From: Eubacteriaceae bacterium
GTDB lineage: Bacteria > Bacillota > Clostridia > Eubacteriales > Alkalibacteraceae
Direction: 5' to 3'
DNA length: 64,000 bases
NCBI GenBank assembly: GCA_003446375.1
Contig: DMAW01000007.1
Coordinates: forward strand, 1,863 to 65,862
How positions within the stretch are numbered: position 1 is the first letter of the stretch; each line of letters starts with the position of its first letter. This document shows positions 52,833 to 63,077 of the stretch, piece by piece. The notes under the pieces were generated by a model. That model did not search any database and was not told the origin of the DNA. It worked only from the letters and a program-made list of their open reading frames with translations. A program made the translations under genes and the position numbers.

Positions 52833-52872
52833 AAATCGACAATGCAGACCACCTGCATTGTCGATTTTTTTA
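52833..52872. terminator. 15-bp stem hairpin with T-run
   Basis: AAATCGACAATGCAG-ACCAC-CTGCATTGTCGATTT. Confidence 0.65.
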
Positions 52873-52997
52873 TTACAATTACATACATTTTAAACTCCGG
52901 CTCTACGTCTATATTCATAAGATATGGTGAATTTTAAGATCTAGACAAAATCATCTATGGTATAATTAATCCAATTACTATTCCAAGGAGATTTGTC

Positions 52998-53891
52998 ATG
53001 TCGCTAATTCATGTTAAGGGAAATACTTACTGCATAGATCTAGGGTATTCATATGCAGGCTTATATAAAATAGGAAATAACGATGCTGTTCTTCTCGATA
53101 CCGGTAGACCCGGCAAAGAGGGAGCTATTTTGCTTAATGCAATAAGTGAAAATAACCTTGCGATCAAGGCCGTCATCTCAACTCATGCCCACATCGACCA
53201 TGTGGGCAACAATTCTTTATTGAAAAGCCGTTTCAACTCCATCACTGCCATGCACTTTAGCGAGGCGGGCTTGTGCTTTTCAGATCTTTCTATTAAAAAT
53301 GTAAATCCAAGCTTGGATCTGTGTCACGCCAAGAAATTTTATTCAAACATGGTGTGCAACACCGATCGACTGATACTAGACTCTGACGAGAGCGTAAATA
53401 TCGAAGGGGCCGATTTTTCCATATTTCATACCCCGGGTCATTCTCCAGGTCATATCTGCATAATAAGCCCTGATGGCATAGCATACCTTGGAGACGCATT
53501 GCTTGGCGAAAAATCTCTCAGAGCCGCCAAGCTTCCCTATGCCTTTTCCCACAGCGCCGACATTAAAAGCAAGGAAAAACTACAGGGTTTAAAGGCGGAT
53601 GGGTACATACTTTCTCACAAAGATATTTTAGGAGACATATCCCCCCTTATAGATTCGGGCATAAAAAAAATTAATGATACATCCACTAGGGTTTTGAGGC
53701 TCATTGGATGTGAAATGGAATTTGGAGCTATCTTAAAAAAAGCTATTTCTGAATTCAATATCCGAATGGACTCATATGAAAAATACGCTCGGATCGAAAG
53801 ACTCTTTAGGCCATTTCTCGAATACCTTGTAGAGACCAATCAAGTCATTGTTTACTCCAAAAACGGTAGCCTTTACTATTGTGTCAAATAA
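52998..53891 (+). CDS. MBL-fold metallo-hydrolase
   Basis: LLDTG, THAHIDHVG, TPGHSPGH, GDAL. Confidence 0.85.
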   Translation: MSLIHVKGNTYCIDLGYSYAGLYKIGNNDAVLLDTGRPGKEGAILLNAISENNLAIKAVISTHAHIDHVGNNSLLKSRFNSITAMHFSEAGLCFSDLSIKNVNPSLDLCHAKKFYSNMVCNTDRLILDSDESVNIEGADFSIFHTPGHSPGHICIISPDGIAYLGDALLGEKSLRAAKLPYAFSHSADIKSKEKLQGLKADGYILSHKDILGDISPLIDSGIKKINDTSTRVLRLIGCEMEFGAILKKAISEFNIRMDSYEKYARIERLFRPFLEYLVETNQVIVYSKNGSLYYCVK

Positions 53892-53943
53892 CAAAGAGCG
53901 GCTTCTCAACCAATACAGGTCTAGAAGCCGCCACTTAATTTGA

Positions 53944-54468
53944 TCAGTATTTTTTATCTGCGTAGCCTACCCATCCGCCTTCTCTAACTAAAGTCTTATC
54001 AAATCCTCCGATGGAAAACTCGATTTCTTCTGACTTCTCAGGCGAGCTCACGATTATCTTATCATTGTCTATGTCAATCTCGATCGATGTGTCCTTGCCG
54101 GCATAATTTTCAAACAGATAGTCTATCTTTTCCTTTGGAAGCTCAATTGCAAACATCCCGCAATTGTACATATTCTGCCTGAAGATCCTTGCGAAGTTTT
54201 CAGCAATTACCACATTTATGCCGTTTACCTCTAAAGCCCAGGGAGCATGCTCCCTGGAAGATCCACAGCCAAAGTTTTCTCTGGTAACTATAACTGCTTT
54301 GTCCTTTATGTCCGTTGCGCTGTCAAATCCGGGCAAGCTTAAGTCTTCCAATAAAAATGGCTTTAGAGCTTCTTTTGTAATTTCAGTAAGATACCTTGCA
54401 GGTATTATTTCATCAGTATTTATGTCGCTTCTATCTAAAAACAGTACTTTTCCACTAAAATTCTTCAT
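53944..54468 (-). CDS. leuD: 3-isopropylmalate dehydratase small subunit
   Basis: DINTDEIIPARYL, NFGCGSSREHAPWAL, FARIFRQN. Confidence 0.92.
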   Translation of the reverse strand: MKNFSGKVLFLDRSDINTDEIIPARYLTEITKEALKPFLLEDLSLPGFDSATDIKDKAVIVTRENFGCGSSREHAPWALEVNGINVVIAENFARIFRQNMYNCGMFAIELPKEKIDYLFENYAGKDTSIEIDIDNDKIIVSSPEKSEEIEFSIGGFDKTLVREGGWVGYADKKY

Positions 54469-54483
54469 ATTGACCTCCCTTTA

Positions 54484-55770
54484 CTAAGCTTCGAAAAGCT
54501 CGGAATTTGTAATCATACCTGCTATGGCAGTTGCTGCTGCTGTGGCAGGGCTCATAAGATGAACCGTACCGCCCTTGCCCATCCTGCCGTTAAAGTTACG
54601 GTTAGTAGTGGAAGCACAGACTTCCCCCTCTGCCAAAACTCCGTTGCTCATTCCCAGGCAAGCTCCACATGTAGGATTTGTTACACAGAAGCCAGCATCC
54701 TGAAAAATATCTATAATGCCTTCCTTAAGTGCCATGGAGTAGATCTTGGGAGTTGCCGGGCTGACTATGCCACGGACATCGTCGCTTATTTTCTTTCCTT
54801 CAAGAACTTTAGCCGCCACTCTTAAGTCTTCGATTCTTCCATTGGTACAGCTTCCGATATATATCTGGTCGACCTTTGTACCTTCCATATCCTTGACAGA
54901 CTTAACTTGATCCGGCTTATAGCCGAAAGTTACCATTGGCTCAAGCTCTGACATGTCGTATTCGTAAATTTCTTCATACTCGGCATCTTCATCGGATACC
55001 CATTTCGAATAATCTGCAAGGGCTTCTTCCTTTGTAGCATACTCATCCTTGATGAAATCCCACAAATAATCAACTGTAGTCATATCCGGATAACAGATGC
55101 CGCAGGTTCCACCAGCCTCGATGGCCATGTTGCAGATTGTCATCCTAGACTCCATAGACATCTTTTCTACTATCGGTCCGGTAAACTCTATTACCTTGTT
55201 AGTTGCTCCATTAACTGTAAGCTGCTTTATGATAAATAGTATAACGTCCTTTGCATAAACTCCCGGCTTTAGCTCTCCATCGAGGACGAACTTGATGGTC
55301 TTGGGGAAGTGGAATGAGCATACCCCTTTAAGTATTCCTACCTCTAGATCTGTTGTTCCTACACCCGCTGCAAAAGCCCCAAATGCTCCATGGGTACACG
55401 TATGAGAATCACCCATTATAACGGTGTAACCCGGTCTTACAAATCCTTTCTCCGGAAAAATAGCGTGACATACACCGTTTCTTCCTACGTCAAAGAAATC
55501 TTTTATACTGTGTCTTTTAGCCCACTCTCTCATTATCTTTCCCTGTTCTGCTGTCTTTGAATCTTTGGCAGGTGTTACATGGTCTATTACCGCTTTTATC
55601 TTTGTAGGATCAAATACTCTGTCCATTCCTCTTGCCATAAGATCTGTAATGGCAATCGGCGTAGTGATTTCATGACAAAATACTCTGTCCAGCTTTAAAA
55701 CATGGGTATCCGGAAACGGCTCTTCTACCCTGTGAGCATCAAAAATCTTTTCTGCAATTGTTCTTCCCAT
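54484..55770 (-). CDS. leuC: 3-isopropylmalate dehydratase large subunit (short type-2/HacA-like)
   Basis: DHVTP, GDSHTCTHGA, IGSCTNGR, CGACLG, STTNRNFNGRMG; 428 aa. Confidence 0.9.
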   Translation of the reverse strand: MGRTIAEKIFDAHRVEEPFPDTHVLKLDRVFCHEITTPIAITDLMARGMDRVFDPTKIKAVIDHVTPAKDSKTAEQGKIMREWAKRHSIKDFFDVGRNGVCHAIFPEKGFVRPGYTVIMGDSHTCTHGAFGAFAAGVGTTDLEVGILKGVCSFHFPKTIKFVLDGELKPGVYAKDVILFIIKQLTVNGATNKVIEFTGPIVEKMSMESRMTICNMAIEAGGTCGICYPDMTTVDYLWDFIKDEYATKEEALADYSKWVSDEDAEYEEIYEYDMSELEPMVTFGYKPDQVKSVKDMEGTKVDQIYIGSCTNGRIEDLRVAAKVLEGKKISDDVRGIVSPATPKIYSMALKEGIIDIFQDAGFCVTNPTCGACLGMSNGVLAEGEVCASTTNRNFNGRMGKGGTVHLMSPATAAATAIAGMITNSELFEA

Positions 55771-55918
55771 TTTTATTTCTCCTTTTTATTGATTTATAAC
55801 CTTGATATTTTTTTCTCAACTTAAGTTACATTATATAGTTTTTTCGGTTATTTTAAAATCCATTTCACCATAATCCCTTAACTTAAAGACAATTATCGCA
55901 TATAATGAAAATAAAGAA

Positions 55919-55934
55919 TGTAAACTATGTTACA
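55919..55934. promoter_or_regulatory. Crp/Fnr-type palindrome TGTAA-N6-TTACA
   Basis: Perfect 5-6-5 inverted repeat downstream of TATAAT (55901-55906) of the Crp/Fnr gene. Confidence 0.55.
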
Positions 55935-55958
55935 TTCCAAAACTTTGGAGGCGTTTTT

Positions 55959-56609
55959 ATGGACAAGATACCCGTCATTCAAGAACATATCCTAGATCTT
56001 CCTGAAGAGCTATATGAAATATTCAAGACCAGGCCTGTAAGATTCTATAATAAAAATCAGATGATTTACAGGCAGGGAGAGGCTGCGGAAGGATTCTACT
56101 TTTTAAAAAAGGGTAAGATAAAAGTATTCGTAAACTCTCCTGAGGGCTTGGAAAAAAACCTTACAGTATACAACAGGGGAGATGTCTTTGGCGAGGCATC
56201 TTTTTTTGACGGATATCCACGGATTTCTTCTGCCAAGGCCATAACCGATTCTGAAATAATAATGATGGATAAATCGGATATATTGGAACTTTTTAAGAAG
56301 AAGCCTTTGCTTGCATTAAAATTCATAGAGACCCTATCTAAAAAAGTGCGTATGCTATCAAACGAAATAGATAATATGTCTTTTTTGTCTGCCGACAAAA
56401 GGATTGCAGGGTTCTTGTTGGATCTATCCCAAAACTCATCCGGAGAAATAGAAATCAGCCAGGATGATATTGGGATAGCTATCGGAGTAAGCAGAGTCAC
56501 GGTAAGCAAAATCCTTGGAAGCTTTGCCTCAAAGGGCTGGATAAAGACGATGTATAAGAAAATTTTGATTATTGATCATGAAGCACTCTTAAATTTCACC
56601 CGGGCCTAA
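55959..56609 (+). CDS. Crp/Fnr family regulator
   Basis: cNMP-binding fold (GDVFGEAS...RISSAKA) and HTH SQDDIGIAIGVSRVTVSK; start moved to MDKIP. Confidence 0.92.
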   Translation: MDKIPVIQEHILDLPEELYEIFKTRPVRFYNKNQMIYRQGEAAEGFYFLKKGKIKVFVNSPEGLEKNLTVYNRGDVFGEASFFDGYPRISSAKAITDSEIIMMDKSDILELFKKKPLLALKFIETLSKKVRMLSNEIDNMSFLSADKRIAGFLLDLSQNSSGEIEISQDDIGIAIGVSRVTVSKILGSFASKGWIKTMYKKILIIDHEALLNFTRA

Positions 56610-56652
56610 TAATAGAAAAGGCCTCGCTAAAAGCTAGGCCTAAATATATTCT

Positions 56653-58044
56653 CTAAAATTCTGCATTGCCGACTGTTCTTGGAAATGGTATAACGTCTCT
56701 TATGTTGCTCATGCCTGTTAAGTACATGATAAGCCTTTCAAACCCCAGACCAAATCCTGCATGCTTTACTCCACCGTATTTTCTAAGCTCCAAGTACCAC
56801 CAGTAATCTTCCTCCTTCAGACCGTTTTTAAGCATCTTTTCTTTAAGCACCTCTAAGCGCTCTTCCCTCTGACTACCTCCGATGATCTCTCCAACCCCGG
56901 GAACCAACAGATCCATTGCGGCGACGGTTTTTTCATCCTCGTTCAGGCGCATATAAAATGCCTTTATGTCCTTTGGATAATCTGTTACAAATACGGGTTT
57001 TTTAAAAACCATTTCAGTCAAATATCTCTCATGCTCCGTCTGAAGATCGCTACCCCATTCCACCGGATATTCAAACTCCTTTTCCGACTCCTTTAAAAGT
57101 CGGATAGCTTCAGTATATGTCACTCTTTCAAAATCACTTTTTAATATTCCCTCTAATCTATCCTTCAAACCCTTGTCTATGAAGGAGTTGAAAAACTCCA
57201 TTTCTTGAGGGGCATTATCCAGGACGAATCTAATTAAATATTTGATCATTTCCTCTGCAAGGTCCATATCGTCTTTAATGTCTGCAAAAGCTATCTCCGG
57301 TTCGATCATCCAAAACTCGGCAGCATGCCTTGGAGTATTTGAATTTTCAGCCCTAAACGTCGGACCAAATGTATATATGTTTCTAAACGCCAGGGCAAAT
57401 ATCTCCCCTTCGAGCTGGCCGCTGACAGTTAGACTTGCAGGCTTTTCAAAAAAATCCTTGGTGAAATCCACTTCTTTCCTGTCATCTCTTGGAATATCCA
57501 AAAGATCCAGGGTGGTTACCTTAAACATCTCTCCCGCACCTTCTGCGTCACTTGCGGTAATTATTGGAGTATGGACGTTGACAAAACCCTTCTCTTGAAA
57601 AAACTTGTGGACAGCGTAGGACGCCAAGCTTCTAACCCTAAAAACTGCAGCAAATGTGTTGCTCCTAGGTCGCAAGTGGGCAATAGTCCTTAAGTACTCC
57701 AGAGTATGTCTTTTTTTCTGCAAAGGGTACTTTGAATCCGATGGCGCTTCCAACGATATGGATGTTGCCTTTATCTCAAATGGCTGTTTGCTTTCCGGCG
57801 TGAGGACAAACTTTCCTTTTACGACAATGGCCGTAGCTACGGGATACTTTCCTATATCTGAGAAATTTTCAAGGCTGTCATCGTAAACTACTTGAATTCC
57901 TTTAAAAGACGTGCCATCGTTTATTTCAATGAATCCAAACTTGTTAGAATCCCTGATAGTCCGTATCCATCCGCTTATTGTGACTTCCTTTTCAGAGTAT
58001 GCTTCTTTATTTTCATATAAATCTCTGATTAGATTATATTTCAT
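56653..58044 (-). CDS. asnS: Asparaginyl-tRNA synthetase
   Basis: [38 protein letters not shown]. Confidence 0.97.
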   Translation of the reverse strand: MKYNLIRDLYENKEAYSEKEVTISGWIRTIRDSNKFGFIEINDGTSFKGIQVVYDDSLENFSDIGKYPVATAIVVKGKFVLTPESKQPFEIKATSISLEAPSDSKYPLQKKRHTLEYLRTIAHLRPRSNTFAAVFRVRSLASYAVHKFFQEKGFVNVHTPIITASDAEGAGEMFKVTTLDLLDIPRDDRKEVDFTKDFFEKPASLTVSGQLEGEIFALAFRNIYTFGPTFRAENSNTPRHAAEFWMIEPEIAFADIKDDMDLAEEMIKYLIRFVLDNAPQEMEFFNSFIDKGLKDRLEGILKSDFERVTYTEAIRLLKESEKEFEYPVEWGSDLQTEHERYLTEMVFKKPVFVTDYPKDIKAFYMRLNEDEKTVAAMDLLVPGVGEIIGGSQREERLEVLKEKMLKNGLKEEDYWWYLELRKYGGVKHAGFGLGFERLIMYLTGMSNIRDVIPFPRTVGNAEF

Positions 58045-58186
58045 GGAATCTCCTCACTTTATCGTTTATTTAATTACAAAATTATTATATCATAAAACAA
58101 GGCATATTATACCTACGATGGTTGCTCCATCATCGGTCTCGTACGCTCACCCATATAAAGTATAATTTTGAAATGAGGCGAATATT

Positions 58187-59074
58187 ATGAAACTTGCAAA
58201 TTACAGCATCAAGGGCTCAAGTGATATGAAGCTTGGCTTGCTTACAGACAATGGAATAGTCGATTTAACAGAACTGGGCGTGTCCATGCCTCACCAAAAC
58301 ATGATAGAATTCATAGAAAGATACGAAGAATTTAGGCCACGGCTTCTATCTGCTTTGGAGAGGAATGATATTAACTATATCTCAGAAGATAAGATAAAGC
58401 TTGAAAGCCCTATCCCCTACCCCCGAAGAAACGTATTTTGTGTAGGAAAAAACTACTTGGATCACGCTGAAGAAATAAAATCCCTGCCTGGAGCGACTTC
58501 ACAAGTTCCACAGTTTCCCATCTACTTTACAAAAGTTGCGTATCCTTCGATAGGTCCCGAAGATACGATCCTTAACCACAGTGATTTAACTGATTCAATC
58601 GATTATGAAGTGGAGCTTGCAGTTATTATAGGCAAAAAAGGCATAAACATCCCCACAGAAAAAGCCGAGGAGCATATTTTCGGATATACCATCGGAAACG
58701 ATATCTCCGTAAGAAACATCCAGATGAAACATACCCAGTGGTTCAAGGGAAAGAGCCTTGATACCAGTTGTCCTCTTGGGCCTGTGATAGTTACTGCAGA
58801 TGATATTTCATATCCCCCTGACCTAGCTATTTCTTCTAAAGTAAATGGAGAGATTCGCCAAGATTCAAGGACTTCTAAGCTCATCTTTAGCATTTCCGAG
58901 CTTATCAGCGACTTATCAAGGGGCATGACATTATACCCTGGGGACATAATACTATCAGGCACGCCGGCCGGCGTTGGCTTCGGCTTCGATCCCCCTAAAA
59001 CCTTAAAGCCGGGGGATGAGATCATCTGTGAAGTTGAAGGCATCGGAAAACTTGTAAATTACATAGAAAAATAG
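58187..59074 (+). CDS. Fumarylacetoacetate hydrolase family protein
   Basis: CVGKNY..H, DYEVEL, NDISVR, KSLD, GTPAGVG. Confidence 0.92.
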   Translation: MKLANYSIKGSSDMKLGLLTDNGIVDLTELGVSMPHQNMIEFIERYEEFRPRLLSALERNDINYISEDKIKLESPIPYPRRNVFCVGKNYLDHAEEIKSLPGATSQVPQFPIYFTKVAYPSIGPEDTILNHSDLTDSIDYEVELAVIIGKKGINIPTEKAEEHIFGYTIGNDISVRNIQMKHTQWFKGKSLDTSCPLGPVIVTADDISYPPDLAISSKVNGEIRQDSRTSKLIFSISELISDLSRGMTLYPGDIILSGTPAGVGFGFDPPKTLKPGDEIICEVEGIGKLVNYIEK

Positions 59075-59084
59075 CATCTAGTTA

Positions 59085-59122
59085 AAAGGACTCTGCAATA
59101 AATAACTGCGAGAGTCCTTTTT
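59085..59122. terminator. Bidirectional terminator
   Basis: AAAAGGACTCT...AGAGTCCTTTTT between convergent genes. Confidence 0.7.
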
Positions 59123-59125
59123 GTA

Positions 59126-59983
59126 TCATTTTATTTTAGCAAATGCCTCAGAGAGCATTTTAAAGTCTTCAAAGGAAAGGGTCTCTGCTCTTTTGCTTTC
59201 TTCTATGCCTGCCAGTAAAAGGGCTTTTTTGACTTCAGCCTTATCATAATCCAGATTGTTTGAAAGGGTGTTTAAAAGAGTCTTCCTTCTATTGGCAAAG
59301 CCGGCTTTTACCACTGAAAAGAACCTGTCTTTGTCGTCTTTATCCATAAGCCTATCCTCTCTTACCAGCATATGGATGACTGCCGAATCTACCTTTGGCC
59401 TAGGCACAAACACCCTTGAGGGAACTATGAATGAAAGCTGGGGCCTAGTGTAGTATCCGCAGGCTACGGTCAAAGCTCCGTATTCCTTTCCTCCTGGAGT
59501 GGCCGCTATCCTTTCAGCTACCTCCTTTTGAATCATCACAGTTATGCTCTCCATTGGCAGATCTTTTTCCAAAAGCCCCATTATTATAGGGGTAGTTATG
59601 TAATATGGAAGATTGGCCACAACCTTGAATTTCTTATGAGTATATTTTTTGATTTCGCTGCCTATATCCAGCTTTAATATATCTTCATTTATTACTGTAC
59701 AATTTTTGTACTCGGCCAATGTCTCTTTAAGTATGGGTATGAGCATCTTATCTATTTCAACGGCTATTACATGCTTTGCCCTTTCACAAAGCTTAGCAGT
59801 CATTGCCCCAATGCCGGGACCTATCTCAAGAACCACGTCTTCTTCAGAGACTTCGGCTACATTTACTATCTTTGATACTATGTTTTCATCCGTCAAAAAA
59901 TTCTGACCGAACTTCTTGCTCATCTTAAATCCGTGTCTCTTTAATATCTCTTCGATTATCTTTGGAGATGTAAGCTTTTGCAT
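59126..59983 (-). CDS. rsmA: 16S rRNA m6A1518/1519 dimethyltransferase
   Basis: FGQNFL, EIGPGIG, ANLPYYITTP, PRPKVDSA. Confidence 0.97.
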   Translation of the reverse strand: MQKLTSPKIIEEILKRHGFKMSKKFGQNFLTDENIVSKIVNVAEVSEEDVVLEIGPGIGAMTAKLCERAKHVIAVEIDKMLIPILKETLAEYKNCTVINEDILKLDIGSEIKKYTHKKFKVVANLPYYITTPIIMGLLEKDLPMESITVMIQKEVAERIAATPGGKEYGALTVACGYYTRPQLSFIVPSRVFVPRPKVDSAVIHMLVREDRLMDKDDKDRFFSVVKAGFANRRKTLLNTLSNNLDYDKAEVKKALLLAGIEESKRAETLSFEDFKMLSEAFAKIK

Positions 59984-59987
59984 ATAA

Positions 59988-60527
59988 TCAGACCTTCTCT
60001 TTTATTTTGTTTACAGCAGCAAATAAAGCTTCTTCTTCTATGCCGTATGCATTTAGCCTTTGGACAAGCTGTTTTCCGTTGACGTATCCAATCCCCAAGG
60101 CTTCACCTGCCTTTTGCCTTAAGAGCCTTGAATTTTTACCATTAAGCAGGCCCAGCTTGCCAACGCTTTCAACCGTATGTATGATCTTTCCTTCAACCAC
60201 CGTCTTTACATCTTCCAATGCTCTTGCAATAGCTTCTGCTGAAGCGTTTTCGATGCCTACATTTCCCTTTTTGGTTCCTTCTTCCTTAGTGAGATAAGCA
60301 TGCTTGCATCCCGGTACCCTTTCATTTATCATCCTTCTTATCTTTTCACCGGCATAATCAGGATCGGTAAATATTATGACCCCGGTCCTTTTTACTGCAT
60401 TTTTAATTATCTCATAAGTCTCCTCTTCAATTCCCAGTCCGCTAGTCTTTATTATCTGGGCATTTACCACTCTTTTAACAGCGGCTATATCATCCTTGCC
60501 TTCGACTACTATCAGCTCTTTTATCAT
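59988..60527 (-). CDS. rnmV: Ribonuclease M5
   Basis: IVVEGKDD, FTDPDYAGEKIR, GIENAS; real start MIKELI at 60527. Confidence 0.93.
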   Translation of the reverse strand: MIKELIVVEGKDDIAAVKRVVNAQIIKTSGLGIEEETYEIIKNAVKRTGVIIFTDPDYAGEKIRRMINERVPGCKHAYLTKEEGTKKGNVGIENASAEAIARALEDVKTVVEGKIIHTVESVGKLGLLNGKNSRLLRQKAGEALGIGYVNGKQLVQRLNAYGIEEEALFAAVNKIKEKV

Positions 60528-61081
60528 ATTATCGCTAAACCTTCCAAAAGAATCTTTCCACCAATTAAAATCAAAACCGTCCCGCCGAATATCTCGGATC
60601 CTGCCTGAAACTTGTGTCCCAAGTTGTGTCCAAATCTTGCTCCTATAAAACTGATAATAAACGTAGTCAGAGCTATTATTCCGGCAACTAGCCATATGTT
60701 TATGTCTAAAAAAGCAAAGCCTATACCCGATGCCATTGCATCGATACTAGTAGCTATAGCCAATGTCAAAAGATATCTGTTGCTAAGTCTTCCTGTACCG
60801 CACCTGTCTTCTTCTCTAGATTCCAATATCATCCTGACTCCTATAAAGCCCAGAAGTCCAAAGGCTATCCAGTGATCTATAGCTCTTATCCTATCGGCAA
60901 ATGCCGATGCCAGAAAATATCCCAATATGGGCATCAGGCCTTGAAAAATTCCGAAAAAAAGTGCAATCTTGCCTTGTATTCCAAAAGTTTTTGCCTTGTT
61001 AGAAATTCCGCATGAAGCGGCTACTGCAAATGCATCCATAGAAAGTGCCACAGCAGTGCTCATCATTACAAAAGTGCTCAT
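60524..61081 (-). CDS. mntP: Manganese efflux pump MntP
   Basis: ALSMDAFAV, DHWIAF, ATSIDA repeats. Confidence 0.92.
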   Translation of the reverse strand: MSTFVMMSTAVALSMDAFAVAASCGISNKAKTFGIQGKIALFFGIFQGLMPILGYFLASAFADRIRAIDHWIAFGLLGFIGVRMILESREEDRCGTGRLSNRYLLTLAIATSIDAMASGIGFAFLDINIWLVAGIIALTTFIISFIGARFGHNLGHKFQAGSEIFGGTVLILIGGKILLEGLAII

Positions 61082-62284
61082 CTATAATTTCTCTCCTAAT
61101 TTTATTCTGTCCACCAACTCAATCAATACTTCTTTTTTGTTAATCTCAGGGGACTTGATGGCAAGACGAAGCAACTGATTTAGTGTACTGCCTATATCCT
61201 CCCGAACAAATCCCCTATCTTTAAGATCGTTGCCGTTTATATCAAGGTCAACTACCTTACGCGGCAGTTCATATTCAAGAAATTTTATAATCATTCTCCT
61301 CCACGCTGGATTTCTACCTAACGCATTATCCAACTTCAAGAAAAGCTCTAATATCTCATCTGTGTATTCAGCTACTCTGTTTATAAAATCCTCTTCACTC
61401 TCGAGCTTCTCGTAATCAAAAAGAGCCAATACTTGGTTTATTATTATCCTTTGATACTTTAGCCTCTCAAGTATTTTTTTAATCAAGCATTTATCCGCTA
61501 ATGGATGCAGCAAAAAATAAACCCTAAGGGACAATTCTGGTGCAGACTCCTCAAAGTATTTAACATAATCATCCCACATATCTTCTCCAGGTGTCACTAC
61601 ATCGTCAAGTTCAGGTATTATCACACGCATAAGATGAAGTCTAAACAAGAGCTCAACGCCCCTCTTTGCTCCTTCACATATAAAAATTCGGTCAAACTCC
61701 GCTTTTATCCTCTCGCTGCTGACCCCAGGCAAATCCGGATCACTCATTATTGATTTGATGATATCTTCGTGAATCAGATAATTATTTTCGCAAGCTATTC
61801 TCACGGCTCTTAATTTTCTAAGCCGGTCTTCTTTAAATCTTACTTTCGCCCTTCCTATGGTACGCAAGAGCTTGTTCTTTAAATCTTCCATTCCGTTAAA
61901 GTAATCGTAGACATTAAGGTCCTTATCCAAGGCAATCGCATTCATTGTAAAATCTCTCCTGCTGAGGTCGCTCAGCAATGAATCCGAATAAAAGACCATA
62001 TCCGGCCTTCTTCCGTCAGAATATCTATGCTCAAGCCTAAATGTCGTAATCTCAAAAGCTTCATCATTAAACAGCACTGTTATCGTCCCAAAGTCTATCC
62101 CTGTTTCGATATGGCGCTCAAACATAGCTTTTATCTCATCCGGTTTAGCATCCGTCGTAAAGTCAAAATCCTTAGGCTTTTTGTGAGACAGAATATCCCT
62201 TACAGCGCCTCCTACCAAGTAACATTTATACCCTTTGGATTCAATATAATTCATCAACTGATAAACATTTTTCGGCAGGTTCAT
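61082..62284 (-). CDS. cca: CCA tRNA nucleotidyltransferase
   Basis: VGGAVRD, DFD, EITTFR, DLSRRDFTMNA, EDRLR.LR. Confidence 0.9.
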   Translation of the reverse strand: MNLPKNVYQLMNYIESKGYKCYLVGGAVRDILSHKKPKDFDFTTDAKPDEIKAMFERHIETGIDFGTITVLFNDEAFEITTFRLEHRYSDGRRPDMVFYSDSLLSDLSRRDFTMNAIALDKDLNVYDYFNGMEDLKNKLLRTIGRAKVRFKEDRLRKLRAVRIACENNYLIHEDIIKSIMSDPDLPGVSSERIKAEFDRIFICEGAKRGVELLFRLHLMRVIIPELDDVVTPGEDMWDDYVKYFEESAPELSLRVYFLLHPLADKCLIKKILERLKYQRIIINQVLALFDYEKLESEEDFINRVAEYTDEILELFLKLDNALGRNPAWRRMIIKFLEYELPRKVVDLDINGNDLKDRGFVREDIGSTLNQLLRLAIKSPEINKKEVLIELVDRIKLGEKL

Positions 62285-62297
62285 ATTCTCTCCCTCG

Positions 62298-62924
62298 CTA
62301 ACTTACGATTTCAATAAGACTCGACAAATCATCTATCATGTAATCTGGATTTTCTTTTAAAAGTGCTTCCGGATAATTATATCCCCATGTGACTGCAGCG
62401 CACTTAACCCCTGCTCTTTTGCATGCAGCTATGTCTCTGCTCTCATCGCCTACGTAAAGTATATCACTTTTAGGGATAGAATATTTTCTGGCTGTGGCAT
62501 TGATCTTGATCTCCTTGCTCATTAAAGGAGATGATTCTATAAAATCAAAGCTATCTATATTTTGATTTTTCATAAAAGCCTTGACATTCCTGTTTGAGTT
62601 CGAAGTAATTATTCCAATGTACTTGACCCGTTTTTTCAACTGCAACAAGATCTCGTCCAATTTATCATCAAATGGTTTTATAGAGTTCATCTCGTTTTTA
62701 AGCAGCTTCTGTCCGTGTTTAATTATTTTGGGCAATTTTTTTAGAGGTATTTCTACCGTCTCGATTATTTCCTTAATATTGAGATGCTTTATCTTATGAA
62801 GCTCATCTCTTGTTATGCTCTTGTAGCTATATTTCTCCGCAAGACTATTGTATATGTGAAGGGCCCTTTCTTCAGTATCAGCCAAAGTTCCGTCAAAATC
62901 AAATATGACGCATTGAAATGCCAT
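62298..62924 (-). CDS. HAD family hydrolase
   Basis: IFDFDGTLADT, ITSN, YVGDESRDI. Confidence 0.88.
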   Translation of the reverse strand: MAFQCVIFDFDGTLADTEERALHIYNSLAEKYSYKSITRDELHKIKHLNIKEIIETVEIPLKKLPKIIKHGQKLLKNEMNSIKPFDDKLDEILLQLKKRVKYIGIITSNSNRNVKAFMKNQNIDSFDFIESSPLMSKEIKINATARKYSIPKSDILYVGDESRDIAACKRAGVKCAAVTWGYNYPEALLKENPDYMIDDLSSLIEIVS

Positions 62925-63002
62925 TTTATCAAATCCTTTTGTATTTATTCCTTTTGAATAGTACTATTATAATATAGTTTGATTAAAATACTATGATTTT
63001 TA

Positions 63003-63031
63003 TTGACTTTTTTATCTGTTGCCTATATAAT
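63003..63031 (+). promoter_or_regulatory. Sigma-A promoter of hisZ
   Basis: TTGACT, 17 bp, TATAAT. Confidence 0.7.
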
Positions 63032-63077
63032 TTTCGTATACTTTATCACACTAAAGTAATAAAGCGGAGGGTTGTTT

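Noticed and set aside
52557-52997. Active integrative element at tRNA-Pro
   Set aside because: No integrase gene, and I saw no duplicate of the tRNA 3' end in the window
60613-60633. TTGTGTCCCAAG/TTGTGTCCAAA short repeat
   Set aside because: It encodes GHNLGHK within mntP
60528-60695. N-terminal extension of rnmV in the ORF track (likewise leuA, murA, thioesterase, deoD, Crp)
   Set aside because: The extension overlaps mntP; better RBS-linked starts lie downstream
61060-61100. yybP-ykoY manganese riboswitch before mntP
   Set aside because: mntP starts right after the cca stop, leaving no leader
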